From Squalus acanthias (lineage: Eukaryota): a DNA stretch of 64,000 nt. The position numbers and the translations under genes were made by a program. The notes under the pieces were generated by a model. It searched no databases, was not told where the DNA came from, and saw nothing but the letters and a program-made list of their open reading frames with translations. How positions within the stretch are numbered: position 1 is the stretch's first letter; each line of letters begins with the position of its first letter. Where the stretch lies: assembly GCA_030390025.1 (NCBI GenBank), contig CM059432.1:13952001-14016000 (forward strand). Reading direction: 5' to 3'. Positions 24,481 through 36,520 of the stretch are shown piece by piece.

Positions 24481-25111
24481 GAGGGAAAGATTGGGGCGCT
24501 AACTTCGCTGGGGTGCTACCATAGCGCCCCGAAAAAGTTAGTGCCCCCGCGCTGGAAATTGAATGGCAGCGCCCCAAGCAGGAGGCGGCACGCTACTGGA
24601 AGCGTTGCCCCTCCCTCTTGGGGTGCTCCCATTGAATATCGCGGTGCGTCGGCACGTCACGCCGCAGTACTGCAGGCCTCTCTCCGCTGATTAAAGGGGT
24701 GGGGCCTAGTGCAGCGCGCACCGGGGCCCTGCTGGATCACCGGGGAGCGGGGTGCCGGCAAAAGAGCCTGCTACTCAAGCAGAGTGCCCGCAGGAGGAGG
24801 TGAAAGGGGGCAGGTGCTGGCAGGTTTTCAAAAACAAATGGCCGCCCGGCGCCTGCCCTTTAATTTGTGCCGCCGCGGCCGCATAACACAGCACCCTGAC
24901 CCTGTCGGACATAGCGTTCGGCGGTAGGTCAGGGGGCGCGAGCGGGGCGCTGCGCACGGCGATGACGTCATCGCCGGAGGCGCAGCGCTGCAGGGCGCTA
25001 CCGGCTACCGCCGCCGCTAACCTCCCGCTGAATTTCGTGAGAGGTGTTAGCGGCGCCGCGCCCAGGCGCGAGGGGGCTAACGGGAGGCGCAAAGCAACCC
25101 AATTTTGCCTC
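24481..25111. mobile_element. GC/CpG-rich MITE-like element
   Basis: Imperfect TIRs gagggaaagattggggcgct / agcaacccaattttgcctc; repeated gcgct/agcgc submotifs as in 23169-23365. Confidence 0.55.
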
Positions 25112-26171
25112 CTGTCATTGCAGGAAATGTTTCAATGTAACAAACTGAACTACAAATCACTACGCAAAGTGCTTTGAGATGTTTCTGAGAGGGGTGATAA
25201 GGCACAATATGAATGCAAGCATCTTTCCTTTATACTTTCCTTTCCATTGCTGTATGTATATGTTAGATGTAAACATTTACTATGAATAGCCCCTAATCGG
25301 CTGATTTTAAAATTGCAATACAGCAGATTATATATTACATGTTGTGTTACATACAGCTTGTATAACACATCTGTAGTGAGTTCAAAGTGACAGAAAGTGA
25401 AAAATATTAAATATTTTGCAATGAATATGCTCAGTAAAATAAAAGAACTACAGAATTGACTTCAGCTCTGGTTACGATGAGTAATCCTGTGACTTGCTCC
25501 CATAGAGGATGATCTATTGTGCAGTATTTCGAAACCATATAATGAACGTGTCCAGTCACCATGTCCATCAAGATATGATGATAGTCGGGAGATGAGCATT
25601 CATTCATTCATTCATTCATTCATGAACAAAGTGGAAAGTGAGAGTCTATTAGATCTGGTGACAATTCAGCTGTTTGAAGTGGTGGCAAACTATGAATGGA
25701 AATTTTTCACAGCTCATTTAAATTAATGGAAGGAAAATCAGGGCCCGGCCGGGGGGGGGTCCTTTTACAGAAGTGTGCTTTTTTGATATTCACAGACCCA
25801 GAAAATCTCCTCTTCAAGCTGAGCCACTGGAACAGATAGTCTTGGGTGAGGTACTGGTGCCTTTGGAACTGTGCCGCAACAAGGAGTCAGCTGCAGCAGG
25901 AGAGGAAGACTAGACGGGATGGGAGAACATGGGTCGAGGGGGAAGGTGGAAGAAGAAAGGGCTAACTAATAAAGGGGCTTTCCTACCGTACTGCTACTGA
26001 TAATAGTTTGCACCTGAACTATTAACCTTTCTTTCTCTTCGAGCTGCTGACTGGCCTGCTATGCATTACCAGCATTATCTGTTTTGTCTTTTTAATCTAA
26101 TACATTTAACTTTGAAAAGTGGAGCTTATGGTAGTTCTGACAGGAATGATGACTGTTGTGTCTGCAGAATA

Positions 26172-26620
26172 AAGAAAGACTTGCATTTATATAGTGCCTT
26201 CCACGGCATCCCAAAGCACTTTACAGCCAATGAAGTACTTTTGAAGTGTAGTCACTGTTATAATGTAGGAAACGCAGCAGCCAATTTGCGCACAGCAAGC
26301 TCCCACAAACAGCAACGTGATAATGACCAGATAATCTGTTTTTTTAGTGATGTTGATTGAGGGATACATATTGTCCAGGACACTGGGGATAACTCCCCTG
26401 TTCATCTTCGAAATAGTGCCATGGGATCTTTTACGTCCATCTGAGAGGGCAGACGGGGCCTTGGTTTAACGTCTCATCTGAAGGACGGCACCTCCGACAG
26501 TGCAGCACTCCCTCGGAGTGTCAGCCTAGATTTTTGTGCTCAGGTCTCTGGAGTGGGACGTGAATCCATGACCTTCTGACTCAGAGGCGAGGGTGCTAGC
26601 CACTGAGCCACGGCTGACAC
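26172..26620 (-). mobile_element. Deu-domain SINE (SacSINE1-like)
   Basis: tRNA-like head (tggctcagtgg..gttc), Deu core (gatgagacgttaaacc..taaaagatcccatggcact), L2-like tail. Confidence 0.85.
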
Positions 26621-26760
26621 TATACTGGTGCTGTGATGTAACGCAGTTATAAGAATAATGATGTAAACAAGTAACACAATACAGACTGTGTAACTGCTCC
26701 TAGAGTGTTATGAGGACAGTTTTTTTCCGGTGGGATCATCCTGTTTTGTCTTTATTTCAG

Positions 26761-26869
26761 GTATTCAAGCAACCTTGGCCGTCCATACTGCGCACTGTGT
26801 ATGGAGACAATGAACGTTTTGAGGCAACTTACTTCAAACAGTTTCCAGGGTTTTACCTGACTGGAGATA
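26761..26869 (+). CDS. ACSS2: ACSS2-family coding exon, [36 protein letters not shown](S)
   Basis: tttatttcag| acceptor, GATA|gtaaat donor, 109 nt; TGD (A7) motif. Confidence 0.94.
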
Positions 26870-27454
26870 GTAAATTACTATTTTGCATTCAATGATTTTT
26901 TAGCGTTAGATGTAGGTTTACACCTGTCTGTGTGAAGCTGATTGGATTAACTTTGTGCTGGACCCATGTTTGCTGGGTGGTTGCTGGTGATCAGTTTAAA
27001 GCTGTGTGACCGAAAATGTTTACATTCCGCTTTCTTAATACAACAAAAATTGCAATCCTGAAGAAATGTAGGTGCCAGATCCTGGGACATAATCTGCCGG
27101 TACAACATATTCATGCACCAATACATCACGTCACAGAGTGGAATGGCGCATGTTTGGACTGATTCTGATTTGAATGACCTATTTACCAGGAGGGATTTTT
27201 TTAAATTATAATTTTTAATTTTATTTTCCCCCCGTAATGCTTTATTGGTGCAAGCAAGTATTAAAATAATAATTTTATTCAAATATTTTCTAATGGCAGA
27301 CGGAGATTCAGAACCCGGTCTCAGAGCCTCACTCAGTCGCCTCTTCACAATTACAAGCCTTAAAAAAAAAATCTTCAAATGTGTTAATGCGAGGCGAAGA
27401 TAAGCAGAGGGAGAGATATAGGCCTGGAAACTCGATCGTGCCCGAGAACGATAA

Positions 27455-27735
27455 CTGTTAAACCACTTACCTTCTATATGATGTGATCTCTGCCCCAGCC
27501 AGGAACCGGTCCAGCTCCCTCTTGAAGGCACGCAGAGAGTCAGCACCCTCCGCACCAGCCAGCAGTGCATTCCAAAGGCTCGCTACTCTCTGGGAAAAGA
27601 AATGCCGCCTGACATCAAGCTTATTCCTACTCTTATGTAGTTTAAATTCATGTCCCCTGCTCCGCCCCAATCTGTCAAACCGAAATAATCTATCAATCGG
27701 TATGCAATCCAGCCCTTTCATTATGTTGTATACCT
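27455..27735 (-). mobile_element. CR1 3' fragment (same family as 28020-29570)
   Basis: YNIMKGLD..RGHEFKL..FFSQRVASLWNAL. Confidence 0.8.
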
Positions 27736-28019
27736 GTCGCATGGGCCTGTTCATGTGGTCGCAGGGACCACGCGCAAGTGGTGCTGCCAGCTCATTACAG
27801 TGAGTCAGGCGTGCAGCAAGCGCTACCCGTGCTGCTTATTGGCTGCGCGCCTGTTTGTGACGGTAGGAAATCGGGCTTGACGGACGCCACTTAAAGGCAG
27901 CCAACACCTCTTAAAGGGGAGGTGCACTCTGGCTGCAGAGAGCAGGGAAACCTTCTCAAAGGGATAAAGTGGTTGGAAGAGCTACTACACGGGTACCCAG
28001 GTTCTCAGATGCAGTTTCA

Positions 28020-29570
28020 GAATTAATTTTGAACCATTCAATACAAGTCAAAGGACAGTATTCTATACTTAAACCTGTCATTGGTTAGACCACATCTAGA
28101 GTACTGTGCCTAGTTTTAATTCTCTGATATGGTGGGTGATGTAGTGGTCTTGGAAAAGGTTTAGAGGAGATCTACAAGAATGGTTCCTCATTTAAAGAAT
28201 CTTAATTTACTCAGATAGGCTTAAAGAGCTGGGTATATTTACTTTACAGCAGCGTAGAGACCTGATAGAGGTATACAAAATAACGAAAGGGCTGGATTGC
28301 GTACCTATTAATAGATTATTTCAGTTTGACAGATTGGGGAGGAGCAGAGGAGTCATAGAGTCATAACGGCACAGAAGGAGGCCATTTGGCCTATCGAGTC
28401 CGTGCCGGCTCTCTGTAGAGCAATCCAGTCAGTCCCATTGCCCCGCTCTATCCCCGTAGCCCAGCAAGTTTATTTCCCTCAAGTGCCTATCCAGTCTCCC
28501 CTTGAAAACATTGAGTGTCTCCGCTTCCACCACTTCTGTCGGCAGCGAGTTCCAGGTCCTCACCACTCGCTGCGTAAAAAGGTTTTTCCTCACGTCCCCC
28601 CCTGTATCACTTGCCCAAAACCTTAAATCTGTGTCCCCTTGTCCTTGTACCATCAACTAGTGGGAACAGCCATTCCCCGTCTAGCCTATCCAAACCCGTC
28701 ATAATCTTGTACACCTCTATCAAATCACCCCTCAACCTCCTTTGCTCTAATGAAAACAAATCCAGCTTGTCCAACCTGTCCTTGTAGCTAAGATCCCCCA
28801 TCCCCGGAACCATTCTGGTAAATCTCCTCTGCACCCTGTCAAGGGCCTTCACACCCTTCCTAAAGTGTGGTGACCAGAACTGGACGCAATACTCCAGTTG
28901 TGGCCTAACCAGCGCTTTATAAAGGTTCAGCATAACTTCTCTACTTTTGTACTCAATACCTCTATTTTTAAAGCCCAAGATCCCATATGCTTTGTTAACT
29001 ACTCTCTCAATATGTCCTGCCACCTTCAGGGACCTATGCACATTAACTCCCAGGTCCCTCTGTCCCTGCACACTCTTTAAAACTGTGCCATTAAGTGTAT
29101 ATTGCCTCTCCCTGTTCCTTCTGCCAAAATGAATTTAAACTACGTAAGAGTAGGAATAAGCTTGATGTCAGGCGATATTTCTTTTCCCAGAGAGTAGCGA
29201 GCCTTTGGAATGCACTGCCAGCTGGTGCGCTGTGTGCTGACTCTCTGCGTGCCTTCACGAGGAAGCTGGACCGGTTCCTGGCTGGGGCAGAGATCACATC
29301 ATACAGAAGGTAAGTGGTTTAACAGTTATTATACGCATGGTCAATGTGATCTCCTGGACTGGATTCGATCGCCTGAGGGGGTTGGAGTGGAATTTTCCAG
29401 ATTTTGCCCTTGCTATTGGCCCTTGGTTTTTATCTGTTTTTTTGCCTCTACCAGGCGATGACATGACTGCTGGGGAGGGTCGGAAGTGCCTAGTCTGGAT
29501 ACTCTAGGAGTTTGTAGCAGGCTTGATGGACCAGATGGTCTTTTCCTGTCTGTCATTTTTATATGTTCGT
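28020..29570. mobile_element. CR1 3' region (+) interrupted by a second CR1 (-, 28352-29128)
   Basis: Plus copy LVRPHLEYC..GRSRG resumes as EFKLRKSRNKLDVRR at 29129; the inserted minus copy carries ORF 28607-29071. Confidence 0.82.
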
Positions 29571-29846
29571 AACTGTCAGATTGTTGTAAAAATCCAACTG
29601 GCTCACTAATGTCCTTTAGGGAAGGAAATCTGCCATTCTTACCTGGTCTGGCCTAGATGTGACTCCAGACCCAGAGCAATGTGGTTGACTCTTAGCTGAG
29701 TGGCGTAGCAATCCTCTCAGTTGTATCAAACCACAACAAAGAAAAAACACCACATAGACTGCAGCAGTTCAAAGGCAACGAGGAATGGGCAATAAATGCT
29801 GCCCTTGCCAGTGATGCCCACATCCCAAGAATGAATTTTAAAAGTA

Positions 29847-30641
29847 CACTGTTCACCTTTACACATCGCAGTGTGCACCGTTCACCTTTACACATCGCAG
29901 TGTGCACTGTTCACCTTTACACATCACAGTGTGCACCGTTCACCTTTACACATCTCAGTGTGCACTGTTCACCTTTACACATCGCAGTGTGCACTGTTCA
30001 CCTTTACACATCGCAGTGTGCACTGTTCACCTTTATGTACCACAGTGTGCACCGTTCACCTTTACACATCGCAGTGTGCACTGTTCACTTTTACACATCA
30101 CAGTGTGCACTGTTCACCTTTACACATCACAGTGTGCACCGTTCACCTTTACACATCACAGTGTGCACTGTTCACCTTTACACATCGCAGTGTGCACTGT
30201 TCACCTTTATGTACCACAGTGTGCACCGTTCACCTTTACACATCTCAGTGTGCACCGTTCACCTTTACACATCGCAGTGTGCACTGTTCACTTTTACACA
30301 TCACAGTGTGCACCGTTCACCTTTACACATCGCAGTGTGCACTGTTCACCTTTACACATCACAGTGTGCACCGTTCACTTTTACACATCGCAGTGTGCAC
30401 TGTTCACCTTTACACATCACAGTGTGCACTGTTCACCTTTACACATCGCAGTGTGCACTGTTCACCTTTACACATCGCAGTGTGCACTGTTCACCTTTAC
30501 ACATCGCAGTGTGCACTGTTCACCTTTACACATCACAGTGTGCACTGTTCACCTTTACACATCACAGTGTGCACTGTTCACCTTTACACATCGCAGTGTG
30601 CACTGTTCACCTTTACACATCGCAGTGTGCACTGTTCACCT
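29847..30641 (+). repeat. Minisatellite, 29-bp unit CACTGTTCACCTTTACACATCGCAGTGTG, ~27.4 copies
   Basis: Exact 29-nt period (unit starts at 29847, 29876 ... 30601) with few variant positions. Confidence 0.97.
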
Positions 30642-30940
30642 GTAATTGAGTAATGGTGTGGGGGTCGGAGCGGGTGGGGGTGTAAGGCGGAGTTCATGGC
30701 TTTTTTTTAAGCGCTGTCAATGATTTAGCTTCAACTGGAATAATGCTGGACTGATTTGAACAGAAGCAACAGCATCCTGTGTGATTAATTTGTGAACCAT
30801 GAATGTGACTTAACGTGACATTTAAACGTGATCATTGTTTTTGTTTTACAATTTATCAGCTTACACGGATATGTAATCAAGCAGCTTCTTTTGCAGCTGA
30901 CTGACTGTCACTGTTGCTCACAGAAAGATTTGTTGTGCAG

Positions 30941-31009
30941 GTTGCAGGAGAGATGGAGATGGCTATTACTGGGTCACTGGAAGGATAGATGATATGCTGA
31001 ATGTCTCAG
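30941..31009 (+). CDS. ACSS2: ACSS2-family coding exon, (S)[22 protein letters not shown](G)
   Basis: tgttgtgcag| acceptor, TCAG|gtagag donor, 69 nt; A8 hinge motif GRIDD.LNVSG. Confidence 0.94.
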
Positions 31010-31185
31010 GTAGAGATTTTTAACAGCCTTTCACAACTGGGTTCTCAGTTTGTTCAGGCCTGGTTGTAATTAAAACAAAAAAAGAGCTAAATGTCATTTC
31101 TAACAGCATGAGGAGTGTCCATGTGTGAGAGTGTGAGTCTGGGGTTGGGGTGTATTTTTGTGTAGGGTGTTGCCCATATTAAAAA

Positions 31186-31649
31186 AAAAGACTTGCATTT
31201 ATATAGCACTTTTCACAGCCTCAGGACGTCCCTGAAATCTTTACAGCCAATGAAGTACTTTATTGAAGTGGAGTCACTGTTGTAATGTAGGAAAGGTGGC
31301 AGCCAGTTTGTGCACAGCAAGCTCCCACAAACAACAATGTGATAATGACCAGATAATCGTTTTTTGTTACGTTGATTGAGGGATGAATATTGGCCAGGAC
31401 ACCGGGGAGAACTCCCCCTGCTCTCCTTCGAAATAGTGCCTTGGGATCTTTTACGTCCACCTGAGAGAGCAGTCGGGGCCTCGGTTTAATGTCTTATCCA
31501 AAAGACGGCCCCTCCGACAGTGCAGCACTCCCTCAGCACTGCACTGGAGTGTCAGCCTGGATTACGTACTCAAGTCTTTTGGGTGGGACTCGAACCCGCA
31601 ACATTTTGACTCAGAGGCGAGTGTGCTACCCACTGAGCCCCGCCTGACA
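31186..31649 (-). mobile_element. Deu-domain SINE (SacSINE1-like)
   Basis: Full-length family copy. Confidence 0.85.
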
Positions 31650-32012
31650 GCTGCTTCCATGAATGATTTCATACATTGCAGAAAAGCATCACACCTGCAC
31701 TGCGCGTATCCGAGAGAGCGCAGTTGAGATTCATTACTTTTTGCATGTGGATTGCTTGGTGTGTGCTTGTGCCCTGCCCCTTTAGGAGGCCTCTTCTCAG
31801 CATATTCCAGTGGGTTGCCACGAATATTTCTAGGATTTAGATCATTGAATTAAAGATAACTGACAATTCTAGGCTGCAGTTTGGGACGCCACAACGGCCA
31901 CATGAAAGTGCATTTTATTGCTATGGCAGTTTCTTCCCCTCCTCCCTGCAACATGCATGTGGTTTAAGCACATGTGGAACATATGCTAGTCATAGTTGGT
32001 GATGTGTGGCCT

Positions 32013-32480
32013 TCAGCTGTGCCAGCTCAGTGGGTAGCACACTCGCCTCTGAGTCAGAAGGTTGTGGGTTCAAGTCCCACTCCAGGGACTTGAGCACATA
32101 AAGCTAGGCTGACACTCCAGTACAGTGCTGAGGGAGTGCTGCACTGTCGGAGGTGCCGTCTTTCAGATGAGACATTAAACCGAGGCTCCGTCTGCTCTCT
32201 CAGGTGGACGTAAAAGATCCCATGGCACTATTTCGAAGAAGAGCAGGGGAGTTATCCCCGGTGTCCTGGCCAATATTTATCCCTCAATCAACATCACTAA
32301 AAAAACGATTATCTGGTTATTATCACATTGCTGTTTGTGGGAGCTTGCTGTTGGCAAAATTGGCTGCCGTGTTTCCCACATTACAACAGTGACACCACTT
32401 CAAAAGTACTTCATTGGCTGTAAAGCGCTTTGAGACGTCCGGTGGTCGTGAAAGGTGCTATATAAATGCAAGTCTTTCTT
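32013..32480 (+). mobile_element. Deu-domain SINE (SacSINE1-like)
   Basis: gctcagtgggtagc A-box, ggttcaagtccc B-box, Deu core, tatataaatgcaagtctttc tail. Confidence 0.88.
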
Positions 32481-32557
32481 CACCAAGGCTTGTAAAATAC
32501 TAATAGTCTGAACATCTCTCCCTTGAGACCAATGAAGCAAGAACCCCTTCAAAGAGG

Positions 32558-32823
32558 GAAGACTGAGATGAGGAGTAATTTCTTCACTCAGAGGGTTGTG
32601 AATCTTTGGAATTCTCTGCCCCAGAGGGCTGCGGATGCTGAGTTGTTGAGTAGATTCACGGCTAAGATCGATGGATTTTTGGACTCGAGGGGAATCAAGG
32701 GATATGGAGATCGGGCGGGAAGGTGGAGTTGAGGTCGATGATCAGCCATGATCTTATTGAATGACGGAGCAGGCTCGAGGGGCCGTATAGCCTACTTCTG
32801 CTCCTATTTCTTATGTTCTTATG
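32558..32823 (+). mobile_element. CR1 3' fragment
   Basis: KTEMRSNFFTQRVVNLWNSLP plus UTR. Confidence 0.85.
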
Positions 32824-32912
32824 TGATTAATGTAATAACCAAAACAATAGTGACACAGACAAGGATAAATTCTGTGTGCCCCTGGCTGACTAACTCCCAG
32901 TTCTCCCATCAC

Positions 32913-33865
32913 CTGGCTGCAAGTGTCCTAGGCCCAACTATCCTCTGCTGCTTCATTAATGATCTTCCCTCCATCATAAAGTCAAAAGTGTATGATTGCA
33001 CCATGTTCAGTTCCATTCTCATTTTCTCAGATAATGAAGCAGTCCTTACCCGCACGCAGCAAGACCTGGACAACATCCAGGCTTGGGCTGCTAAGTGGCA
33101 GGTAACATTTGTGTCAGGCAATGACGATCTCCAACGAGAGTGAACCTAACAACCTCCTCCTGACATTCAATGGCATTTCCATTACCAAATCCCCCACCAA
33201 CAACATCACCATTTACCAGAAACTCAACTGGACCAGCCACATAAATACCATGGCTACTGGAGCAGGCCAGAGGCTAGGTATTCTGTGGCTCACCCCCTGA
33301 CGGCCCAAAGCCTTTCCACCATCTACAAGACACAAGTCAGGTGTGTGATGGAATACTCTCCACTTGCCTGGATGAGTTCAGATCCAACAACACTCAAGAA
33401 GCTCGACACCATCCAGGACAAAGCAGTTTGCTTGATCAACACCCCATCCACCAACTTAAACATCCACTCACTCCACTAACAGCATACCATAGCTGCAGTG
33501 TGTACCATCTACAGGATGCACTGCAGCAAGTTGCCAAGGCTTCTTTGGCAGCACCTCCCAAACCCCCAACCTTCTCAACCTAGAAGGACAAGGGCAGCAG
33601 GCGCATGGGAATACCATAACTTCCAAGTTCCCCTCCAAGTCACACACCACCCTGACTTGGAAATATATCACTGATCCTTCATCGTCGCTGGGTCACAATC
33701 CTGGAACTCGCTCCCTAATGGCATTGTGGGAGTAACTTAACCCAATGGTCTGCAGTGGTTCAAGATGAAGGCTCACCTCCCATCTCCTCAAGGGCAACTA
33801 GGGATGGGAAATAAATGCTGGCCATGCCCGTGATGCTCACATCCTGAAGAATGCTAAAATAAAAA
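32913..33865 (+). mobile_element. CR1/L2-superfamily LINE 3' part (second family), degenerate
   Basis: SVLGPTILCCFINDLP, YKTQVRCVMEYSPLAW; homologous to 47053-48488. Confidence 0.82.
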
Positions 33866-34399
33866 TTATATTGAAGCATATTGGCAGACTCATTGGGGTA
33901 ATTTTAACAGCCAGGGTTTTTTCAGTGGAGACCCGCAGGCTTTGGTTAGCTTCCCGCTTGTCCGCCCAAGTCAGAATGGACCCATGGCAATTTTAACCCC
34001 ATGGCCTCATTAACATGCTACAGCCTATGGATATTTGGGTGGCCTCTGGCTTCCTGCCGGCACTCAGGTAAGTGTGAGGACTGTGGTTCCGGGAGGGTGT
34101 CTCGTGGTAGGGTAGTGGGTGGGGGGGGGAGCAGGTGCTCGGGGGAAGGGGAGACCTAAAACTTCCTTGAGGGGCCCTAAAGAGTTCTCCTACTCCTCCG
34201 GGTCCCACAAAGGAAAGTAAAAAAAAAACTTAATTTGAATGACCTCTTCTGCTTCAGATCCTGGAGTTCACCTGGCGGGAAGGCTTCCCTGCTCAGGTCG
34301 CAGTTAAAAATAGCAGTCGGGGTCCGATGCTGCGACAGATCACTTGCCCTACTGATCACATCGATGTGTGCTTTGACATCTCGGCTTTTGAACCAACAG

Positions 34400-34576
34400 G
34401 TCATCTGCTGAGCAGCGCTGAGGTGGAATCAGCCCTGGCGGAGCACAATGCAGTCGCGGAGGTTGCCGTGGTGAGCCACCCACACCCTGTGAAGGGTGAA
34501 TGCATCTACTGTTTTGTCACTTTGAAGGATGGAAGAGAATTGACTCAGGCCATTACAGATGAACTGAAAAACAAAG
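34400..34576 (+). CDS. ACSS2: ACSS2-family coding exon, (G)HLLSSAEVESALAEH...HPVKGECIYCFVTL...TDELKNK(V)
   Basis: aaccaacag| acceptor, AAAG|gtacct donor, 177 nt, phase 1-1. Confidence 0.95.
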
Positions 34577-35691
34577 GTACCTTTACCTAGATGGATGGGT
34601 CTTCGATTGCACTGGAAAGGCAAGAATGAGGGAAACCAGTAGCAGAAACATTCCAACATAAGGCTAGAAACTTTAGCTTTATCCCCCGTGTTCTTTACTA
34701 CAAGGGAGGCTTTGATAGGGGTGGGCCTGCTGGTGTCTCAGGGGAGGCAAGCTCATGATCTGGGTATAGTTTCTTTGTCAGAACACAGTACTGGTGGGGC
34801 GTAAGGGCGTAAGATCTGCACCCATATTGTTGATTCATTTACTCTAATGCAGGACTTATGCACCCATGGTGTCTTTCCAGAATTTCTGTTTTCATTTTAG
34901 ACCCACATGTCTAGGCTTTCCCTGCGTTTTTCCTAATGTCCCCATTTTTTTTGCCTATTCCCCTGGATTGCCACGTAATCTCCTGGGAGAGACGAAAAAC
35001 CAGATAAAAACCCTGGCCAATTAGGGGGGGGGAAAAAAATCTGGAAAATTCCTCTCCGATCCCATTAGGCAATCAAAACTAGTCCAGGAGATCACATGTA
35101 TATCATTTATATTATAGGATACCTACCTCTTGTACAATGTGGTCGCCGCTTCAGCCAGAAACAGGTCTAGCTCCTTCTTGAAGGAACCCAGCGAACCAGC
35201 ATTCACCGCATGAGCCGCCAACCTATTTCACAGGTCACTATTCTCTTGGAAAAGAAGAATGGTCGAACATCCAACCTAGTTCTGCCCTTGCATTTCTTGT
35301 AAGCGTGACCCCTGATCCTCCCTGACTTTTTTGATCTGCCTACATGCATAACACTACAGTTTTCCAAGCTAAACATCATTTGCCAAACACGGGCCCCTTC
35401 TTCTAACGCATGAAGATCTGCTTAAAGTAGTTGAGCACCGTCTACATTCCTAACATGCGCACTTATCTTGGCATTGTCCGCAAACTTGCGGATCATTCCC
35501 CCAACACCTACGTCTAAATTATTAATAAAAATAGTAAATGGTAGAGGCCCTACCACCAATCCCTGGGGGACACCACTGGTAACCGGTCTCCAAGCAGATC
35601 CAAATCTGTTGACTACAGTTTTCTGCCTATGGGGATTCAGCCAATTCTCAATCCCCTGCAGCAGATTACCATTACTTCCACAAGATTCTAT

Positions 35692-36080
35692 CGCTCTACT
35701 CGGAGCTCCGGCACGGCAAGAGAGCCCCAGGTGGGCAGAGGAAACGCTTCAAGGACACCCTCAAAGCCTCCTTGAAAAAGTGCAACATCCCCACCGACAC
35801 CTGGGAATCCCTGGCCCAAGACCACACAAAGTGGAGGAGAAGCATCCGGGAAGGCGCCGAACACCTCGAGTCTCTTCGCTGGGAGCAAGCGGAAGCCAAG
35901 CGCAGGCAGCGCAAGGAGCGCACGTCAACCCAAGCACCCCACCCAGCCGCCCCTTCAACCACCGTCTGCCCCACCTGTGACAGAGACTGTAGGTCCCGCA
36001 TTGGACTCATCAGTCACCTGAGAACTCATTTTTAATGTGGAAGCAAGTCATCCTTGGTTCCGAGGGACTGCCTAAGAAGA
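35692..36080 (+). mobile_element. RTE-clade LINE 3' end
   Basis: LYSELRHGKRAPGGQRKRFKDTLKASLKKCNI..WESLAQD..KWRRSI, then C2H2-like CPTCDRDCRSRIGLISHLRTH. Confidence 0.85.
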
Positions 36081-36111
36081 GGATTTATATAGTGGCTTAT
36101 CATGTTGAAAA

Positions 36112-36520
36112 GTGTCGGCCGTGGCTCAGTGGGCAGCACCCTCGCCTCTGAGTCAGAAGATTGTGGGTTCAAGTTCCACTCCAGAGACTTGAGCCCACAA
36201 TCTAGGCTGACACTCCAGTGCAGTGCTGAGGGAGTGCTGCACTGTCAGAGGTGCCGTCTTTCAGATGAGAAGTTAAACCGAGGCCCCGTCTGTCCTCACA
36301 GGTGGATGTAAACCATCCCATGGCACTATTTCGAAGAAGAGCAGGGGAGTTATCCCCAGTGTCCTGGCCAATATTTATCCCTCAATCAACATCACTGAAA
36401 CAGATTATCTGGTCATTGTCACATTGCTGTTTGTGGGAGCTTGCTGTGTGCAAATTGGCTGCCCTGTTTCCTACAGTAACTACACATCAAAAGTCCGGTC
36501 ATCGTGAAAGGCGCTATATA
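36112..36520 (+). mobile_element. Deu-domain SINE (SacSINE1-like)
   Basis: Family copy with a small 3' deletion. Confidence 0.85.

Noticed and set aside
24481..25111. CpG-island-like stretch as an internal promoter
   Set aside because: Bounded by inverted termini and shares motifs with other MITE-like elements; better explained as a transposon.
29831..30653. Three overlapping 247-272 aa His/Cys/Thr-rich ORFs; superficially CRISPR-like array
   Set aside because: Translation of a 29-bp tandem repeat; no unique spacers, no cas genes, eukaryotic context.
32013..32090. tRNA-like A/B boxes here and in other SINE heads
   Set aside because: These are heads of tRNA-derived SINEs, not tRNA genes; no complete cloverleaf.
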